DNA of 64,000 nt from Nitrosovibrio sp. Nv4 (GCA_943330455.2 CALQHT020000003.1:310-64309), one strand, 5' to 3'; positions 27,409-37,706 are shown, counted from the stretch's first letter. The notes: generated by a model from the sequence alone, not told the origin. Translations and numbers: made by a program.

Positions 27409-30400
27409 CTAGCCGCCTGAGCGAGCGCGCAACGCCCCGGTGCGCGTCGTGTCAACGCCCGCCCCATCCGCGCTCAACACAACCCCATAATCCCGCTCCG
27501 CCGCCGCTCGGCTGACCACGCCGTCCCGCACATCGCGCAGGACCAGGTCAGGCGCGCGGGTGAGCGGATCACCCCAGCCACCGCCGCCGGGCGTCAGGCC
27601 GATGATTCTGGCCGGGGTCAAATGGCGCACGCCGTATTTCGGCGGGATGAAGCGGTCACCGCCCTCGGGTTCGATCCATTGCTCCCCCACCGCGCCGAAG
27701 CTGCCGCCTTCCACGCCATAGCCTGACGGCGTGTCCAGGCCCTCGGCACGGAACGACCAGGTGCAGGGCACCAGGATGTCGGCCTCGTAGTGCATGCCGC
27801 TGCCGCCTCGGTGCAGACCCGGGCCGCCAGCGTCCTGCCGCATTTCCCACCGCCGGTAGCGCACCGGGAACAATTGTTCGTGGAATTCCAGGTTCGGCAG
27901 GTCGAGACCACCCAGCGAGTTCAGGTGGCCCATCTGCGGAAACCCATCGCGTTCGGCCGTGGCGCCGGGCGAACCCATCGCGTGCCACTGATACATCACC
28001 CATGAACCGCCGTCCGGATTGCGCGCGGTGATATGGTTGTGCGTGGTCTTGGACCAGCCGGCGCAGGCCCGGTCCGGCGCCGCGCTGGCCAGCGCGCGCC
28101 ACACCGCATGGATGATCTCATGCGCCACGAACACGGTGTTCATCGTCATCGGCGCGGGCGGGCGCGCGTTCACGACGCTGCCTTCCGGCGCGATGATCGT
28201 GACGCAACGATAGGTCCCCTCATTCCGAGGGATCGACGTGTCGAAGAACGACGACAGCGCCATGTAGACGGCGGACCAGGTGTTGGCGACGGATGAGTTC
28301 TTGAACCCCTTCATCTGCGGACTGCTGCCGGTGAAATCGACCGTCAGCCGATCGCCTTGCACCGTCATCCGCACTTTCACCGCCACGTCCACCTTGCTGA
28401 AGCAGTCGTTGTCGGTGTGGTCCTCGCCGAGATACACGCCGTCGGGCAGCGCCCCGATCTCCTGGCGCATGCGTGCGTCGGCGTGGTCCAGGACGCCGGC
28501 CAGATGCTCGAAATAGGACTCCACGCCGAGTTCCCCCACCAACGCCGCCACCCGGCGAGCGCCGACTTCCGTGGAGCCGAGCATGGCGCGCAGATCGCCG
28601 TCGAGCAGGTCGGCGGTGCGGGAATTGATCAGCAGCAGCTTCCACAGATCGTCCCGCACGGTGCCTCGGTCGATCAGCTTCAGGACCGGCAGGCGGATGC
28701 CCTCGTGCCAGATCTCGGTGGCTTCGGGGTTGTAGGTGCCGGCCAGCCCGCCGCCGATGTCGGACTGGTGCGCGCGGTTGCAGCAGAACCCGGCCAGCCG
28801 GTCGGTGCCGACCAGGAAGATCGGTCGAGCGATCACCCAGTCCGGCAGGTGGTTGCCGCCGGCGACATACGGGTCGGACAGCACGAAAACGTCATCAGGG
28901 AAGATGCGGCCGGCGAAATCGCGCAGCAGGGCGCGCACGGCGAACCCGCCACCGCCGGTATGGATGGGGATGCCGTCCGCGTTGGCGATCAGCGTGCCCT
29001 CGGGATCGGTGATGTAGCAGGAGAAATCGTGGCTCTGGCTGAAGATCGGGCTGCGCGCGGTGCGGGTCATCACCCAGCCCATATGCTTGCTGACCTGGTC
29101 CAGGCGCTTCTGCATCAGAGCCAGGATGACGGGGTCGCGGGCGCCTTTTTCCGCCGTCGGCGCCGAGGCGACAGGTTGCTGGGCCGCGGCCACCTCGATC
29201 ATGAAGTTCCCGGCGCGGTCCACCAGCAAAACATCGTCCGGCCCCAGCAATACCGTGGTGGTCTGCTCCTCGATCACCGCGGGGCCGATCACGCGGGCGC
29301 CGATGGCCAGATGCCGTCCGTCATACACGCGCGTGTCCAGCCAGCCCTGGCCCTCGTGCCATACCGGTCGCGTCGCGGCGGTGGGCGCTTCAGCCGTTAC
29401 CCCAACGGGCGCCTCGACTGGAGCATCCGCCAGCCGAACCTTCGGCGTGCCGGTGACGCAGCGCGCGGCAACGTGCAGCGCCGCGGCGATGATCGCCCCG
29501 CCTGGCTGCACATGGCCATACAGACGCTGGTATTCGGCCTCGAACGCGCCACGCGTGGCAGCCGGGTCGAAGCCGCCATCGTCCAGCCGCACGCGCACCG
29601 ACCAGAGCTGGCCGCTGTAGTGCAGGTCGATCGACCGTTCCAGGGCAACCTGGTCCGGGGAGAAACCTTCCGCGCCCATCGCCGCGACCGCCTGGGCCGA
29701 GAGACGCGCCAGTTCGGCGTCGATATGCGCCGGGACCAGGGCATCCAGCGTGCCGCTGACGAAGCATTGGAAGTCCTGACGCACATCCGCGTGCAACATG
29801 CCGATGGCGCACAGCGCGCCGGCATCACGCGGCACGTAGACGCGCTGGCAGCCCAGGCCGCGCGCCACGCTGGTGCCGTGCATCGGCCCGGCGCCGCCGG
29901 CGGCGACCAGGGTGAAGTCGCGGGGCGCGTAGCCGCGCTCGATGGAGATGTACTCCACCGCGTGCAGCAGATTCTGTTCCAGCAGCGCGATGATCCCGGC
30001 CGCCGCCGCCTCCACCGTCAGCCCCAGCGGATCGGCCGCGCGCGTGCGGATCGCGTCCCGCGCCGCTGGCTCCGACAGCACCAGGCCGGACTCGGCATAG
30101 GCACCCGGGCGCAATCGGCCGAGCACGAGCTGGGCGTCGGTTACTGTCGGTTCGGTTCCCCCGAGGCCGTAGCAGGCCGGGCCGGGATTGGCGCCGGCGC
30201 CTTGCGGCCCCACGAACAGCAGCCCCGCCGGGTCCACTCCCGCGATCGTTCCGCCACCAGCACCGATCGTGTGGATGTCGATCCCCGGCGTGGAGACGTG
30301 ATAGCCGGCGATCATCAGATCGTCCTTCATCGCCACGTCGCCGTGCGACATCAGCATCACATCGCAGGACGTACCCCCGATCTCCATGGAGATCAGGTTG

Positions 30401-31305
30401 CCGGCCTGGCCAGTGTCGATCGCCGACTGATCGATGGCGGCGCGGTAGTAGTTCAGTGCGCCCACCGCGGCGGCCGGCCCGCTCAGCAGCAGGTTCACGG
30501 GCCGCGGCGCCACCTGTTCCACCGAGATGACACCGCCATTCGATTGCACCAGCAGCAGCGGCCGGCCCAGGCCCAGCGTGCGCAATTCCCGATCCAGATT
30601 GCGGAGATATGGCACGATGCCTGGCAGCAGCGCGGCATTCACCACCGCGGTGGAAGTGCGCTCATATTCCCCCATCATCGGCGACAGGGCTGCGGATGTG
30701 CTGACCCAGGCATCGGGCGCCCGTGCGCGGACATGCTCCGCCACGGTCTGCTCGTGCGTGTCGTTGAGGAAGCTGTTGAAGAAGCCGACCGCCACCGCCT
30801 CGACCCCCGCTGCCTGGAAATCCGCCAGTGCCGCGTCGATATCGGCGGCGCTCAGGGGCGCGAGTTCGGTGCCGTCCTTGTCGATACGCCCGCCAATACC
30901 GCGCCGCAGATGGCGTGGCACCAGCACCGGGGCATAGGGGCTGCGGTGGTTCCACTGGTCCTCTCGCAGGCCGCGGCGGATTTCCAGCGAATCCCGGAAG
31001 CCTTCGGTCGTCAGCAGGCCGACGCGCGCGCCCTTGCCTTCGAGCATCCGGTTGGTGGCGACGGTGGAGCCGTGCACGAACAGCACGCAATTCCGCAGCA
31101 GGTCCGTGACGGTGGTGGCCAGCATGTCGGCCGCGCGCCGCAGCGCCGCCAGCACGCCCTGGCTGGGGTCGGACGGCACGGAGGGCACCTTGGCCACCAC
31201 GCTGCGCCCGGCGGCGTCCGTCAGCACCAGGTCGGTGAATGTTCCGCCGACATCCACCCCGATCCGCCAAGGTGCCGCAAGTCCGCCCACTACCGTCGTG
31301 CCCAT
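27409..31305 (-). CDS. Fused hydantoinase/oxoprolinase (HyuA-like plus HyuB-like, 1298 aa)
   Basis: DVGGTFTD, LLSGPAAAVG, EIGGTSCD, FSQSHDFSC, GGNHLPD, TPGGGGWGDP in one ORF. Confidence 0.92.
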   Translation of the reverse strand: MGTTVVGGLAAPWRIGVDVGGTFTDLVLTDAAGRSVVAKVPSVPSDPSQGVLAALRRAADMLATTVTDLLRNCVLFVHGSTVATNRMLEGKGARVGLLTTEGFRDSLEIRRGLREDQWNHRSPYAPVLVPRHLRRGIGGRIDKDGTELAPLSAADIDAALADFQAAGVEAVAVGFFNSFLNDTHEQTVAEHVRARAPDAWVSTSAALSPMMGEYERTSTAVVNAALLPGIVPYLRNLDRELRTLGLGRPLLLVQSNGGVISVEQVAPRPVNLLLSGPAAAVGALNYYRAAIDQSAIDTGQAGNLISMEIGGTSCDVMLMSHGDVAMKDDLMIAGYHVSTPGIDIHTIGAGGGTIAGVDPAGLLFVGPQGAGANPGPACYGLGGTEPTVTDAQLVLGRLRPGAYAESGLVLSEPAARDAIRTRAADPLGLTVEAAAAGIIALLEQNLLHAVEYISIERGYAPRDFTLVAAGGAGPMHGTSVARGLGCQRVYVPRDAGALCAIGMLHADVRQDFQCFVSGTLDALVPAHIDAELARLSAQAVAAMGAEGFSPDQVALERSIDLHYSGQLWSVRVRLDDGGFDPAATRGAFEAEYQRLYGHVQPGGAIIAAALHVAARCVTGTPKVRLADAPVEAPVGVTAEAPTAATRPVWHEGQGWLDTRVYDGRHLAIGARVIGPAVIEEQTTTVLLGPDDVLLVDRAGNFMIEVAAAQQPVASAPTAEKGARDPVILALMQKRLDQVSKHMGWVMTRTARSPIFSQSHDFSCYITDPEGTLIANADGIPIHTGGGGFAVRALLRDFAGRIFPDDVFVLSDPYVAGGNHLPDWVIARPIFLVGTDRLAGFCCNRAHQSDIGGGLAGTYNPEATEIWHEGIRLPVLKLIDRGTVRDDLWKLLLINSRTADLLDGDLRAMLGSTEVGARRVAALVGELGVESYFEHLAGVLDHADARMRQEIGALPDGVYLGEDHTDNDCFSKVDVAVKVRMTVQGDRLTVDFTGSSPQMKGFKNSSVANTWSAVYMALSSFFDTSIPRNEGTYRCVTIIAPEGSVVNARPPAPMTMNTVFVAHEIIHAVWRALASAAPDRACAGWSKTTHNHITARNPDGGSWVMYQWHAMGSPGATAERDGFPQMGHLNSLGGLDLPNLEFHEQLFPVRYRRWEMRQDAGGPGLHRGGSGMHYEADILVPCTWSFRAEGLDTPSGYGVEGGSFGAVGEQWIEPEGGDRFIPPKYGVRHLTPARIIGLTPGGGGWGDPLTRAPDLVLRDVRDGVVSRAAAERDYGVVLSADGAGVDTTRTGALRARSGG

Positions 31306-31411
31306 GTCCGTCCTACGCCCCCGATTCGCATTCGCCGGACAGATTCCCCCAACGCGGCGTAAAATGCCAGTTGCACCCCGTCTTTCCGCCGCTTTCAGGT
31401 AGAATGTTCAC

Positions 31412-32713
31412 TTATCGCGCCCCTTGGACCGGCAATGCCACTCGCTGGGGCCGCGCGGCCTCTCCAAATGCGGCGCCAAGAAGCACCATCCCGGGCCAGA
31501 ACAGATAGGCCAGGATCTCCAGGTTCTCCCCGAAACTGTAGAACACCAACATGACGCAAACCGACAAGCCGAGCCGTCCGAGTGCCGAAACCTGCGACAA
31601 GAGAACCATTTCGACCATCGTCCAGGCGATCGGCAAAGCCAGGGCAAGCAGCCCCACGATGCCCTTCACGAACAACAACCCGAACCAGGTATGGTGGCTG
31701 CCGATGGGCATGAACTCCACATGGTGCGGCCCGCGATGGACAATCCCGTGGCCCCAGATCGGCGCTTCGTCCCACCAGCGGTCGATCGCGATCCGGCCCA
31801 GGGCTTCTCGCACCCGGGTCGAATCCGCTCGCGCCGAACGGAACGCCTGGATGGCACTTGCGACGGCATCGATGATGGGACCCGCGACGATCCCGGCGAT
31901 TGCCGCGCCGGCCGCGCCGACCGCCAGCAGGGCCGGCCGCGCCAACCGTGCCGCCGTCCACAAGAGCGGCGGATAGATCGCCAGGAACAACATCGCCATT
32001 CGAGACTTGGTCATCAGGCAAATGGTCACCGCCGCGATGAAACCCAGCCAGCGGAAGCGACGATCGCTTTCGAAGAACGCCAGGATGAAGATCAGGTTGC
32101 CCAACATACCGGCCGCGGGCGCCCAGGGAGTCACGAACTGCCAGCGGCTCGCTCCGTTGGAAGGATCGACGATGTAAAGATAAACCGAGAAGAATTCTGG
32201 CCCCGGCCCGCCGATGATCTGCAATGGCGACACGTACAGCTTCGGCGGCAAGTGCAGCAGTGCCGCGAGCACCAGGAAGGGCACCAGCGCCAATGTTTGC
32301 ACCGCGAACCACCCGACGGCTCGGATGACCAGCTTCGGCCTGATCCGCAAACAGGCGCCGGCCAGTGGGAACAGAGCCAGCAAGGCCCAGCCCTTCAACC
32401 AGCCGATGGACGATTTCAAGGTCTGACCGAAGCCGAGATCCTCGCCGATATGCGCGATCAGCAGCGCCACCAGCATCGCACCCATGCCGAACAGCCATAC
32501 CCAAACGCCAAGCGGCACGGGCGCCGGCTGTGGTGTATTCGGCCGCCAGGCGGAAGCGTAGCAGCGCCAGAAGTAAATCCCGATCAGCGACATCGCCAGC
32601 ACCGGTCCGACGACATAGAGCGCGCCGAGCAGGTAGAATCCCCAGGTTCCGACGAGAGCGCCGAAGATCAGACGCTCTTCAAGATTTTCCGGAGCAACTT
32701 TAACCGAAGCCAT
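31412..32713 (-). CDS. O-antigen ligase/polymerase-like membrane protein (Wzy-like)
   Basis: About 10 TM segments, TKSRMA, PIWGHG and GSHHTWFGLLF Wzy_C-type motifs; within the EPS cluster. Confidence 0.78.
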   Translation of the reverse strand: MASVKVAPENLEERLIFGALVGTWGFYLLGALYVVGPVLAMSLIGIYFWRCYASAWRPNTPQPAPVPLGVWVWLFGMGAMLVALLIAHIGEDLGFGQTLKSSIGWLKGWALLALFPLAGACLRIRPKLVIRAVGWFAVQTLALVPFLVLAALLHLPPKLYVSPLQIIGGPGPEFFSVYLYIVDPSNGASRWQFVTPWAPAAGMLGNLIFILAFFESDRRFRWLGFIAAVTICLMTKSRMAMLFLAIYPPLLWTAARLARPALLAVGAAGAAIAGIVAGPIIDAVASAIQAFRSARADSTRVREALGRIAIDRWWDEAPIWGHGIVHRGPHHVEFMPIGSHHTWFGLLFVKGIVGLLALALPIAWTMVEMVLLSQVSALGRLGLSVCVMLVFYSFGENLEILAYLFWPGMVLLGAAFGEAARPQRVALPVQGAR

Positions 32714-34119
32714 GCGAGCCCCAATGCAATAAAGATAAGTACAGTTGCCGCCATTCCCCCAGCCACCGCCAGTATCGGCAGCGGTCCGCTCGGCCGCGTC
32801 GGCATCGCCGGTGCTTCGAGTGTCTGGACCATGGGATAGGAAGCGAAGAAGTCGGCCTTGCTGGTATCGATCCGCGCCAGGGCGGTGGAAAACACCGCCT
32901 CCGCGACCTGCACGTCGCGCTTCAGGTCGTCCAGCCGGGACGCATGCGGTGCCAGGGACAGCACCCGCGCTTGCTCGACCGTGATCTGCGCGGTCAACTG
33001 GCTGTGCATCGCCGCCATCGCCTGGGTATCGGCGATCTGACCGATCAGGCGCTCAAACAGGCGTGCGCGCTCCTCCCTGACGGCGATGTCCCGCAGTTTC
33101 AGAACATCCGCCCGCTTCAGGCCGGTCAGTTCCAGCGCGCGGGATGCCAGGCGAGCGGTCGTGCTCGCGCCTTCGGCCTGGAGGTCAACGACGCGGGGAT
33201 TGTTCTGGCCGCGGGTGCCGGTCAGGGTCGCCAGTTCGGCATCGATCTTCGCCGATTGCTCGACCAATGCCTGAAACAGAGGATCGGCCCGCAAGGTCAT
33301 CGCGACGGTGGCCAGTTCGACCGTGGTCCCCAACAGACGGGTCAGTTCGGCGACACCCGCGCGCATATGCGCCAGCTTGGCCTCCACGTCGCGCACCTGG
33401 TCACGCAGCCGTTCGACCGAGGCGACGATGGTGCCGTACTGATCCAGCGAGATCAGCCCGGTCGAGGCCTCATGGTCGATCAGTCGTTGGCGGGTTTCGT
33501 TCAGCCGCGTCTTGTAGCCGACCAGCATCGTCCGATAGGCGGTATCGCGCGCGGCGATCTCGTCCGTCCGCAACGCGTCCAGCACTTGCAGAAACGCGGC
33601 GCGCAACGCTTCGGCCCGGGTTGCCGCCCGCTCCGGGGCTCGACCGACAATCTTGATCGAGATCAGCTTCGTCTGGTCGCTGAGTTCCACTTTCGGCACC
33701 GGGAAGCCTTCCAGCGACTCCCCCGCCAATTCCGCGGCGGTCTGGCGCACCCGCTCGCTGATGATCATCTTGCGGTAGTTTTCGGTCGGGCTCAGTTCCG
33801 GACTGGCGAATGCACCGGCGGACGTCGTGCTGGCCTGCCCGAGCCGTTCCAGATTGAGGCTGCTGCCAGCCCCGGTTCCGGGCAGGATCAACGTAAAGGC
33901 CGACGTGTAGCTCGGTGGCGTGAGCTTCAGATAGGCGCCGGCCATGCCCCAAACGGTCGCGATGCCAAGCCCGGCGGCAAGCAGATACCGCCGCCGCCGG
34001 CTTTCCATCTTCCCGCCCCGGGTCAACCGGCGCATCAGTGGCAGAGGCCGCCGGGGGGACGCTTCGGTCCCCTCCGCGACGACCGCCGGATCGTAGGTAA
34101 CGTCAAGGTTCGGGTTCAT
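32668..34119 (-). CDS. Polysaccharide chain-length determinant (GumC/Wzz-like, no kinase domain)
   Basis: Two TMs flanking a long coiled coil, GQNNPRVVDL motif; ends shortly after the second TM. Confidence 0.8.
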   Translation of the reverse strand: MNPNLDVTYDPAVVAEGTEASPRRPLPLMRRLTRGGKMESRRRRYLLAAGLGIATVWGMAGAYLKLTPPSYTSAFTLILPGTGAGSSLNLERLGQASTTSAGAFASPELSPTENYRKMIISERVRQTAAELAGESLEGFPVPKVELSDQTKLISIKIVGRAPERAATRAEALRAAFLQVLDALRTDEIAARDTAYRTMLVGYKTRLNETRQRLIDHEASTGLISLDQYGTIVASVERLRDQVRDVEAKLAHMRAGVAELTRLLGTTVELATVAMTLRADPLFQALVEQSAKIDAELATLTGTRGQNNPRVVDLQAEGASTTARLASRALELTGLKRADVLKLRDIAVREERARLFERLIGQIADTQAMAAMHSQLTAQITVEQARVLSLAPHASRLDDLKRDVQVAEAVFSTALARIDTSKADFFASYPMVQTLEAPAMPTRPSGPLPILAVAGGMAATVLIFIALGLAWLRLKLLRKILKSV

Positions 34120-34126
34120 GGCATCC

Positions 34127-35341
34127 TCACGGGATGAAGACGCGTGCGACGGTCCCGGAGATGGCGATATCTCCGATGGTCCGCATGACATCGCGCAGAT
34201 TGGTGAAGGCAGAGTCGTAACAAGCGACCGCATCGCCCGGCAGCATCACCGGATTGAACCCGTCGCGATCCGAGCGGCGGACCAACCCCTCGATCCGGCG
34301 CTCGATCACCTCGCTCTCCCCGGAAATCGGGTTGACGGAGATCAGCACCGCCCAGCGATCGGCGTTGGTGGATTGGGTGCCACCGACGCAGTTGGCGGAG
34401 ATCAGCGCCTGCAGGAAGCGGGTGCCATAGGGCAGGCTGGTCTGGTCGCGACCGACCGCGGATGACGCATTGCTGCTGGCCGGGGTGGTCAGGTTGGACA
34501 GGAACACCCGCACGCCGGCTGGCGTGATCGGAGAGGGGCGGGCGAGTTTGGCCTGGAAGCAGCCGCGGGATGGGACCTCGACCCGATCGCCATCGACCAG
34601 CAGAACATCGTTCACCGGCTGTCCATCCAGCATCCCGCTGAGATCGACCACTTGCCGTGTGCCCGCATGTACGACCACCACACGACGAATATCGGCATCT
34701 GGCCTGACGCCCGCGGCGTTTGACAGGGCGACACTCAAGGAACGGCCGATCGCGTGATCGCCCGTCGCGGCCTGGCGCACGGTATCGGTTTCGTTCGGCG
34801 CGCGCTGGTTGATGATCACCTGGCCGGGCTGGAACACGGCGCCGGAGACGCTGACCCGCACCGCCGCGCGATCCAGCAGCCGCATGGTGACGCGAGCGAA
34901 GCCGGGCCGATAATGGCCACGCGCGACCAGCCTCTGGGCCAATTCGGCTTCGGCCTGCTGCACCGTGATCCCGGCGACCGACAGCTTGCCGACCACGTCC
35001 AGCGACAGCGTGCCGTCGCTGTCCACCTTGTAGGAGCCGGAGGGCGCGTCATCGCCGGGCAGGCTGATCCGCACCAGATCGCCGGGGGACAGCGACATCT
35101 GCGCGGATACCGGCGCCGCGAAGCCGCTGGCATCGGCTGGGCTGTCGGTGCATCGCATGGCGTTCCAGCGCTCGGGGCTGGGTTTGCCGGCCGCGGGGCG
35201 AGCGGGCATGTCGCGCCGCTCCGCCATGTAACCTTCGTCGGTGTTGACGTCCGACGCATTCGTGGGCCGGTCCCAGGCCGGACTGCAAGCGGCCAGGGCC
35301 GTACTCAGGAGCAGGCCGGCCATCAATCCACGTTTGGTCAT
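34127..35341 (-). CDS. Polysaccharide export lipoprotein (Wza-like, Poly_export plus SLBB)
   Basis: Lipobox LAAC, LSPGDLVRI, YKVDSDGTLSL, VSVSGAVFQPG. Confidence 0.87.
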   Translation of the reverse strand: MTKRGLMAGLLLSTALAACSPAWDRPTNASDVNTDEGYMAERRDMPARPAAGKPSPERWNAMRCTDSPADASGFAAPVSAQMSLSPGDLVRISLPGDDAPSGSYKVDSDGTLSLDVVGKLSVAGITVQQAEAELAQRLVARGHYRPGFARVTMRLLDRAAVRVSVSGAVFQPGQVIINQRAPNETDTVRQAATGDHAIGRSLSVALSNAAGVRPDADIRRVVVVHAGTRQVVDLSGMLDGQPVNDVLLVDGDRVEVPSRGCFQAKLARPSPITPAGVRVFLSNLTTPASSNASSAVGRDQTSLPYGTRFLQALISANCVGGTQSTNADRWAVLISVNPISGESEVIERRIEGLVRRSDRDGFNPVMLPGDAVACYDSAFTNLRDVMRTIGDIAISGTVARVFIP

Positions 35342-35405
35342 TGTGGTCGTCTTCCTTGCGATGATCGTGTCGAGCGGCAATCGGCCACTTCCTGTCGATC
35401 TGTTT

Positions 35406-35420
35406 GCAAGGTCGCGGCCA
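35406..35420 (-). promoter_or_regulatory. Candidate sigma54 (-24/-12) promoter upstream of the wza-gumC-wzy operon
   Basis: Minus strand TGGCCGCGACCTTGC(A): GG-N10-GC with TTGC, 65 bp before the wza ATG. Confidence 0.6.
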
Positions 35421-35458
35421 CGATGCCGCAAAACGCGAATCGTCTTCAGAACAGGATG

Positions 35459-36751
35459 TTACGGTGTCACCTCCGATTGGGCCTCCCAAATTGCGGCATG
35501 GCGGGAGTCGCGAAACGGGAGGGTTTTGCGTTTTGGGATTCGCATTTTCGGACGGTCGAGTCTGGGTGGGGATGCCGATTCCGGCGAAACGGCCACCATG
35601 GCACGCAGCAACGGCGGATCGTCCCAAGGTATATCCAGCGCCATGTCGCTGTGTCCGATGCTCTCGGGGTCGCGCTGCCATTCCTGCGGGAACAGCGCGA
35701 TGGTCTCGGAACCGGCGGCGAGACCGGGGGACGCCGTGTCGCCGCGCATGCCATCCGCCAGGGCGTGGCACAGATCGACCCCAACCCGGGGTCCCAGATG
35801 GCACACCTGGATCGGCCGCGGGTTGCACTCCAACAGATAGGCGGCGCCGGTCCCTGTCTCGATCATGAAGTCGAAGCCGATGAAGCCGGTCGCGCCCAGC
35901 GCCTCGATCATCGCCGCCGACGCCTTCGCCATTGCCGCATCCGCCCCGATCCAGACAACGCTGCTCGGTCCCGTGGTGGAGGTGGTTTGTTGAGCGACAC
36001 CGGCAAATCCAGCGAGCATCCGACCGGACACGGCGACGGCGCAAAACATGGCGGGGGTTCCCTCGATCGCCCGTTGAACGCCGATTTCGGTATCGGTCGG
36101 GTACCAGTCGCGATGCAGCAGCCGTTTCAGACCCTTGCGCAGCATCCGGAAGCCGGCGGGTTTGGTCGCCGTCATGGCGGTCGCCACCGCCGCCCGGTCC
36201 TGGCACAGACTGACCCCTTGTCCTGCCCAACCGAAGGATTCCTTGACGTAGACCGGAAACCCGATGCGCTCGGCGGCTTCGATGGCCGCGTCCGAGGAGG
36301 CGACCGACATGCCCTCGGGAACCAGGACGCCGATTTGCCGAGCGAGTGCCTGGGTCCGGCTTTTCAAGAGCATTGCGTCCAACTGCGTGGGATCGCCAAG
36401 GGAAGCGACGACCGTGTCGCGCTCGCCTTGGGTCAGTCGGCTGTGCCCGCCGGAGCCGGTCCGACGTACCAACGCATGCAGACAGGCTACGGTCCGTTCA
36501 TCCGCGGGCACGATAAGGTCCGGGCGCCATTCCCGCATGGCCTGCACCAGCCGTCGCTCGAAGCTGCGAGACGACCGGACATCCGGCAGCGGGAAGTGGC
36601 GATCCAGGAAGCGGGTCTGGGCCAGCGCGTTATCGCTGGGGCACAGGGCCGCGACCTGGAACCCGGCTTGGGACAACGCCTTTGGCAGTCGAGACGGACC
36701 CCACCGGCCCGATTCAAACGCGATCATCAGAATATTCATTGCAGGCTCCAT
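35459..36751 (-). CDS. ATP-grasp domain ligase
   Basis: GFPVYVKESFGWAGQG, GFIGFDFM, LLECNPR. Confidence 0.85.
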   Translation of the reverse strand: MEPAMNILMIAFESGRWGPSRLPKALSQAGFQVAALCPSDNALAQTRFLDRHFPLPDVRSSRSFERRLVQAMREWRPDLIVPADERTVACLHALVRRTGSGGHSRLTQGERDTVVASLGDPTQLDAMLLKSRTQALARQIGVLVPEGMSVASSDAAIEAAERIGFPVYVKESFGWAGQGVSLCQDRAAVATAMTATKPAGFRMLRKGLKRLLHRDWYPTDTEIGVQRAIEGTPAMFCAVAVSGRMLAGFAGVAQQTTSTTGPSSVVWIGADAAMAKASAAMIEALGATGFIGFDFMIETGTGAAYLLECNPRPIQVCHLGPRVGVDLCHALADGMRGDTASPGLAAGSETIALFPQEWQRDPESIGHSDMALDIPWDDPPLLRAMVAVSPESASPPRLDRPKMRIPKRKTLPFRDSRHAAIWEAQSEVTP

Positions 36752-36772
36752 GGCATTTGGGAGTGGGCGGGT

Positions 36773-37702
36773 TCAGGTCAATCCGACCTGGCGCAGGAAG
36801 GCGACCGAGCGTGGCCAGGACTCCGCAATGGCGGCGGCGTTGCCGGCCGGCGTGCCGCCTTCCTCAACGGGTCCGATGAATGGGGGTGGTTCGGCGATGC
36901 CGTGGCCGGCGTCCGGATAGGTCAGGTGCAGATGCGGATAGGCGAAGCGATGCAGCGCCAATCGGCGCATGACACTCTCACATCCGAAACGGGCGGTGGT
37001 GCCGGCCAGTCCGGTATCCGCATCGCCGGAAACCAGCATGATGGGGCCTCGGATGTTCTCCACCGGGATCCCGCGCGTCTCCTCGAAGCTCCATCGCGTG
37101 GGGTCGGCCCACATCGTCGGAGGCAGCGACGCCACCACAACCGGCTGGCCGCGCCACGTCCATGCGGCCGCGGCGGTTGGATCGGTGAAATTGTTCGGCT
37201 TGCCATGTTCCAGGCCGACATAGCAGCGCGGCGCATAGGCCAGCACGGCGCCGACCGATGGGGTGAGCGACGCGAGCAACAGCGCGAGTTCCCCACCCCG
37301 AGACCACCCACGCAGAGCGACTAGGCCATTGCCGGATCGGGCCCGCACCCATTCCACGGCGTCCTCGACATAGTCCAAGGGCAGGAGACGGAGCCTTTCC
37401 GGGCGACCCGCGACCCCATGCGTGGCGAGGGCCAAGGCAGGAAAACCCTCCGCGGCCAAGGCTTGTGCAGGCGCCTCGGCCAGGCCGCCCATCGCGCCGG
37501 TCAGGCAAACCACAGCCGGACGATCGGTCGGGTGGTTCGGCAGGAACAGCGTCCCAACCATACCGCGTTCCAGGATGGGCACCCGGGTGACCAGGCACGG
37601 TTGCTGAGCGGCGCGGGCTCGCCTGGTCAGAAGACCCATGATCGGGCCGGCGATCGCGGCGCGACGGGTCAAGCTGCAAGCCGAGCTTGGGTGCTGGGTC
37701 AT
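36773..37702 (-). CDS. BAAT/acyl-CoA thioesterase-like alpha/beta hydrolase with possible Tat signal
   Basis: Nucleophile elbow GWSRGG, LVSGDAD, YPDAGHG; N-terminal TRRAAI..ARA. Confidence 0.78.
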   Translation of the reverse strand: MTQHPSSACSLTRRAAIAGPIMGLLTRRARAAQQPCLVTRVPILERGMVGTLFLPNHPTDRPAVVCLTGAMGGLAEAPAQALAAEGFPALALATHGVAGRPERLRLLPLDYVEDAVEWVRARSGNGLVALRGWSRGGELALLLASLTPSVGAVLAYAPRCYVGLEHGKPNNFTDPTAAAAWTWRGQPVVVASLPPTMWADPTRWSFEETRGIPVENIRGPIMLVSGDADTGLAGTTARFGCESVMRRLALHRFAYPHLHLTYPDAGHGIAEPPPFIGPVEEGGTPAGNAAAIAESWPRSVAFLRQVGLT

Positions 37703-37706
37703 GGGA

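Noticed and set aside
28357-31362. Very long antisense or alternative-frame ORFs (1001 aa here; also 18800-20416, 34754-37324, 39204-41363, 60046-61899)
   Set aside because: They are shadows of well-supported genes in GC-rich DNA, show no recognisable motifs and have Arg/Gly/Ala-biased composition.
32668-32713. 46-bp overlap between the chain-length and polymerase genes as a possible frameshift
   Set aside because: Both proteins look complete; an uncertain start of the downstream gene explains the overlap.
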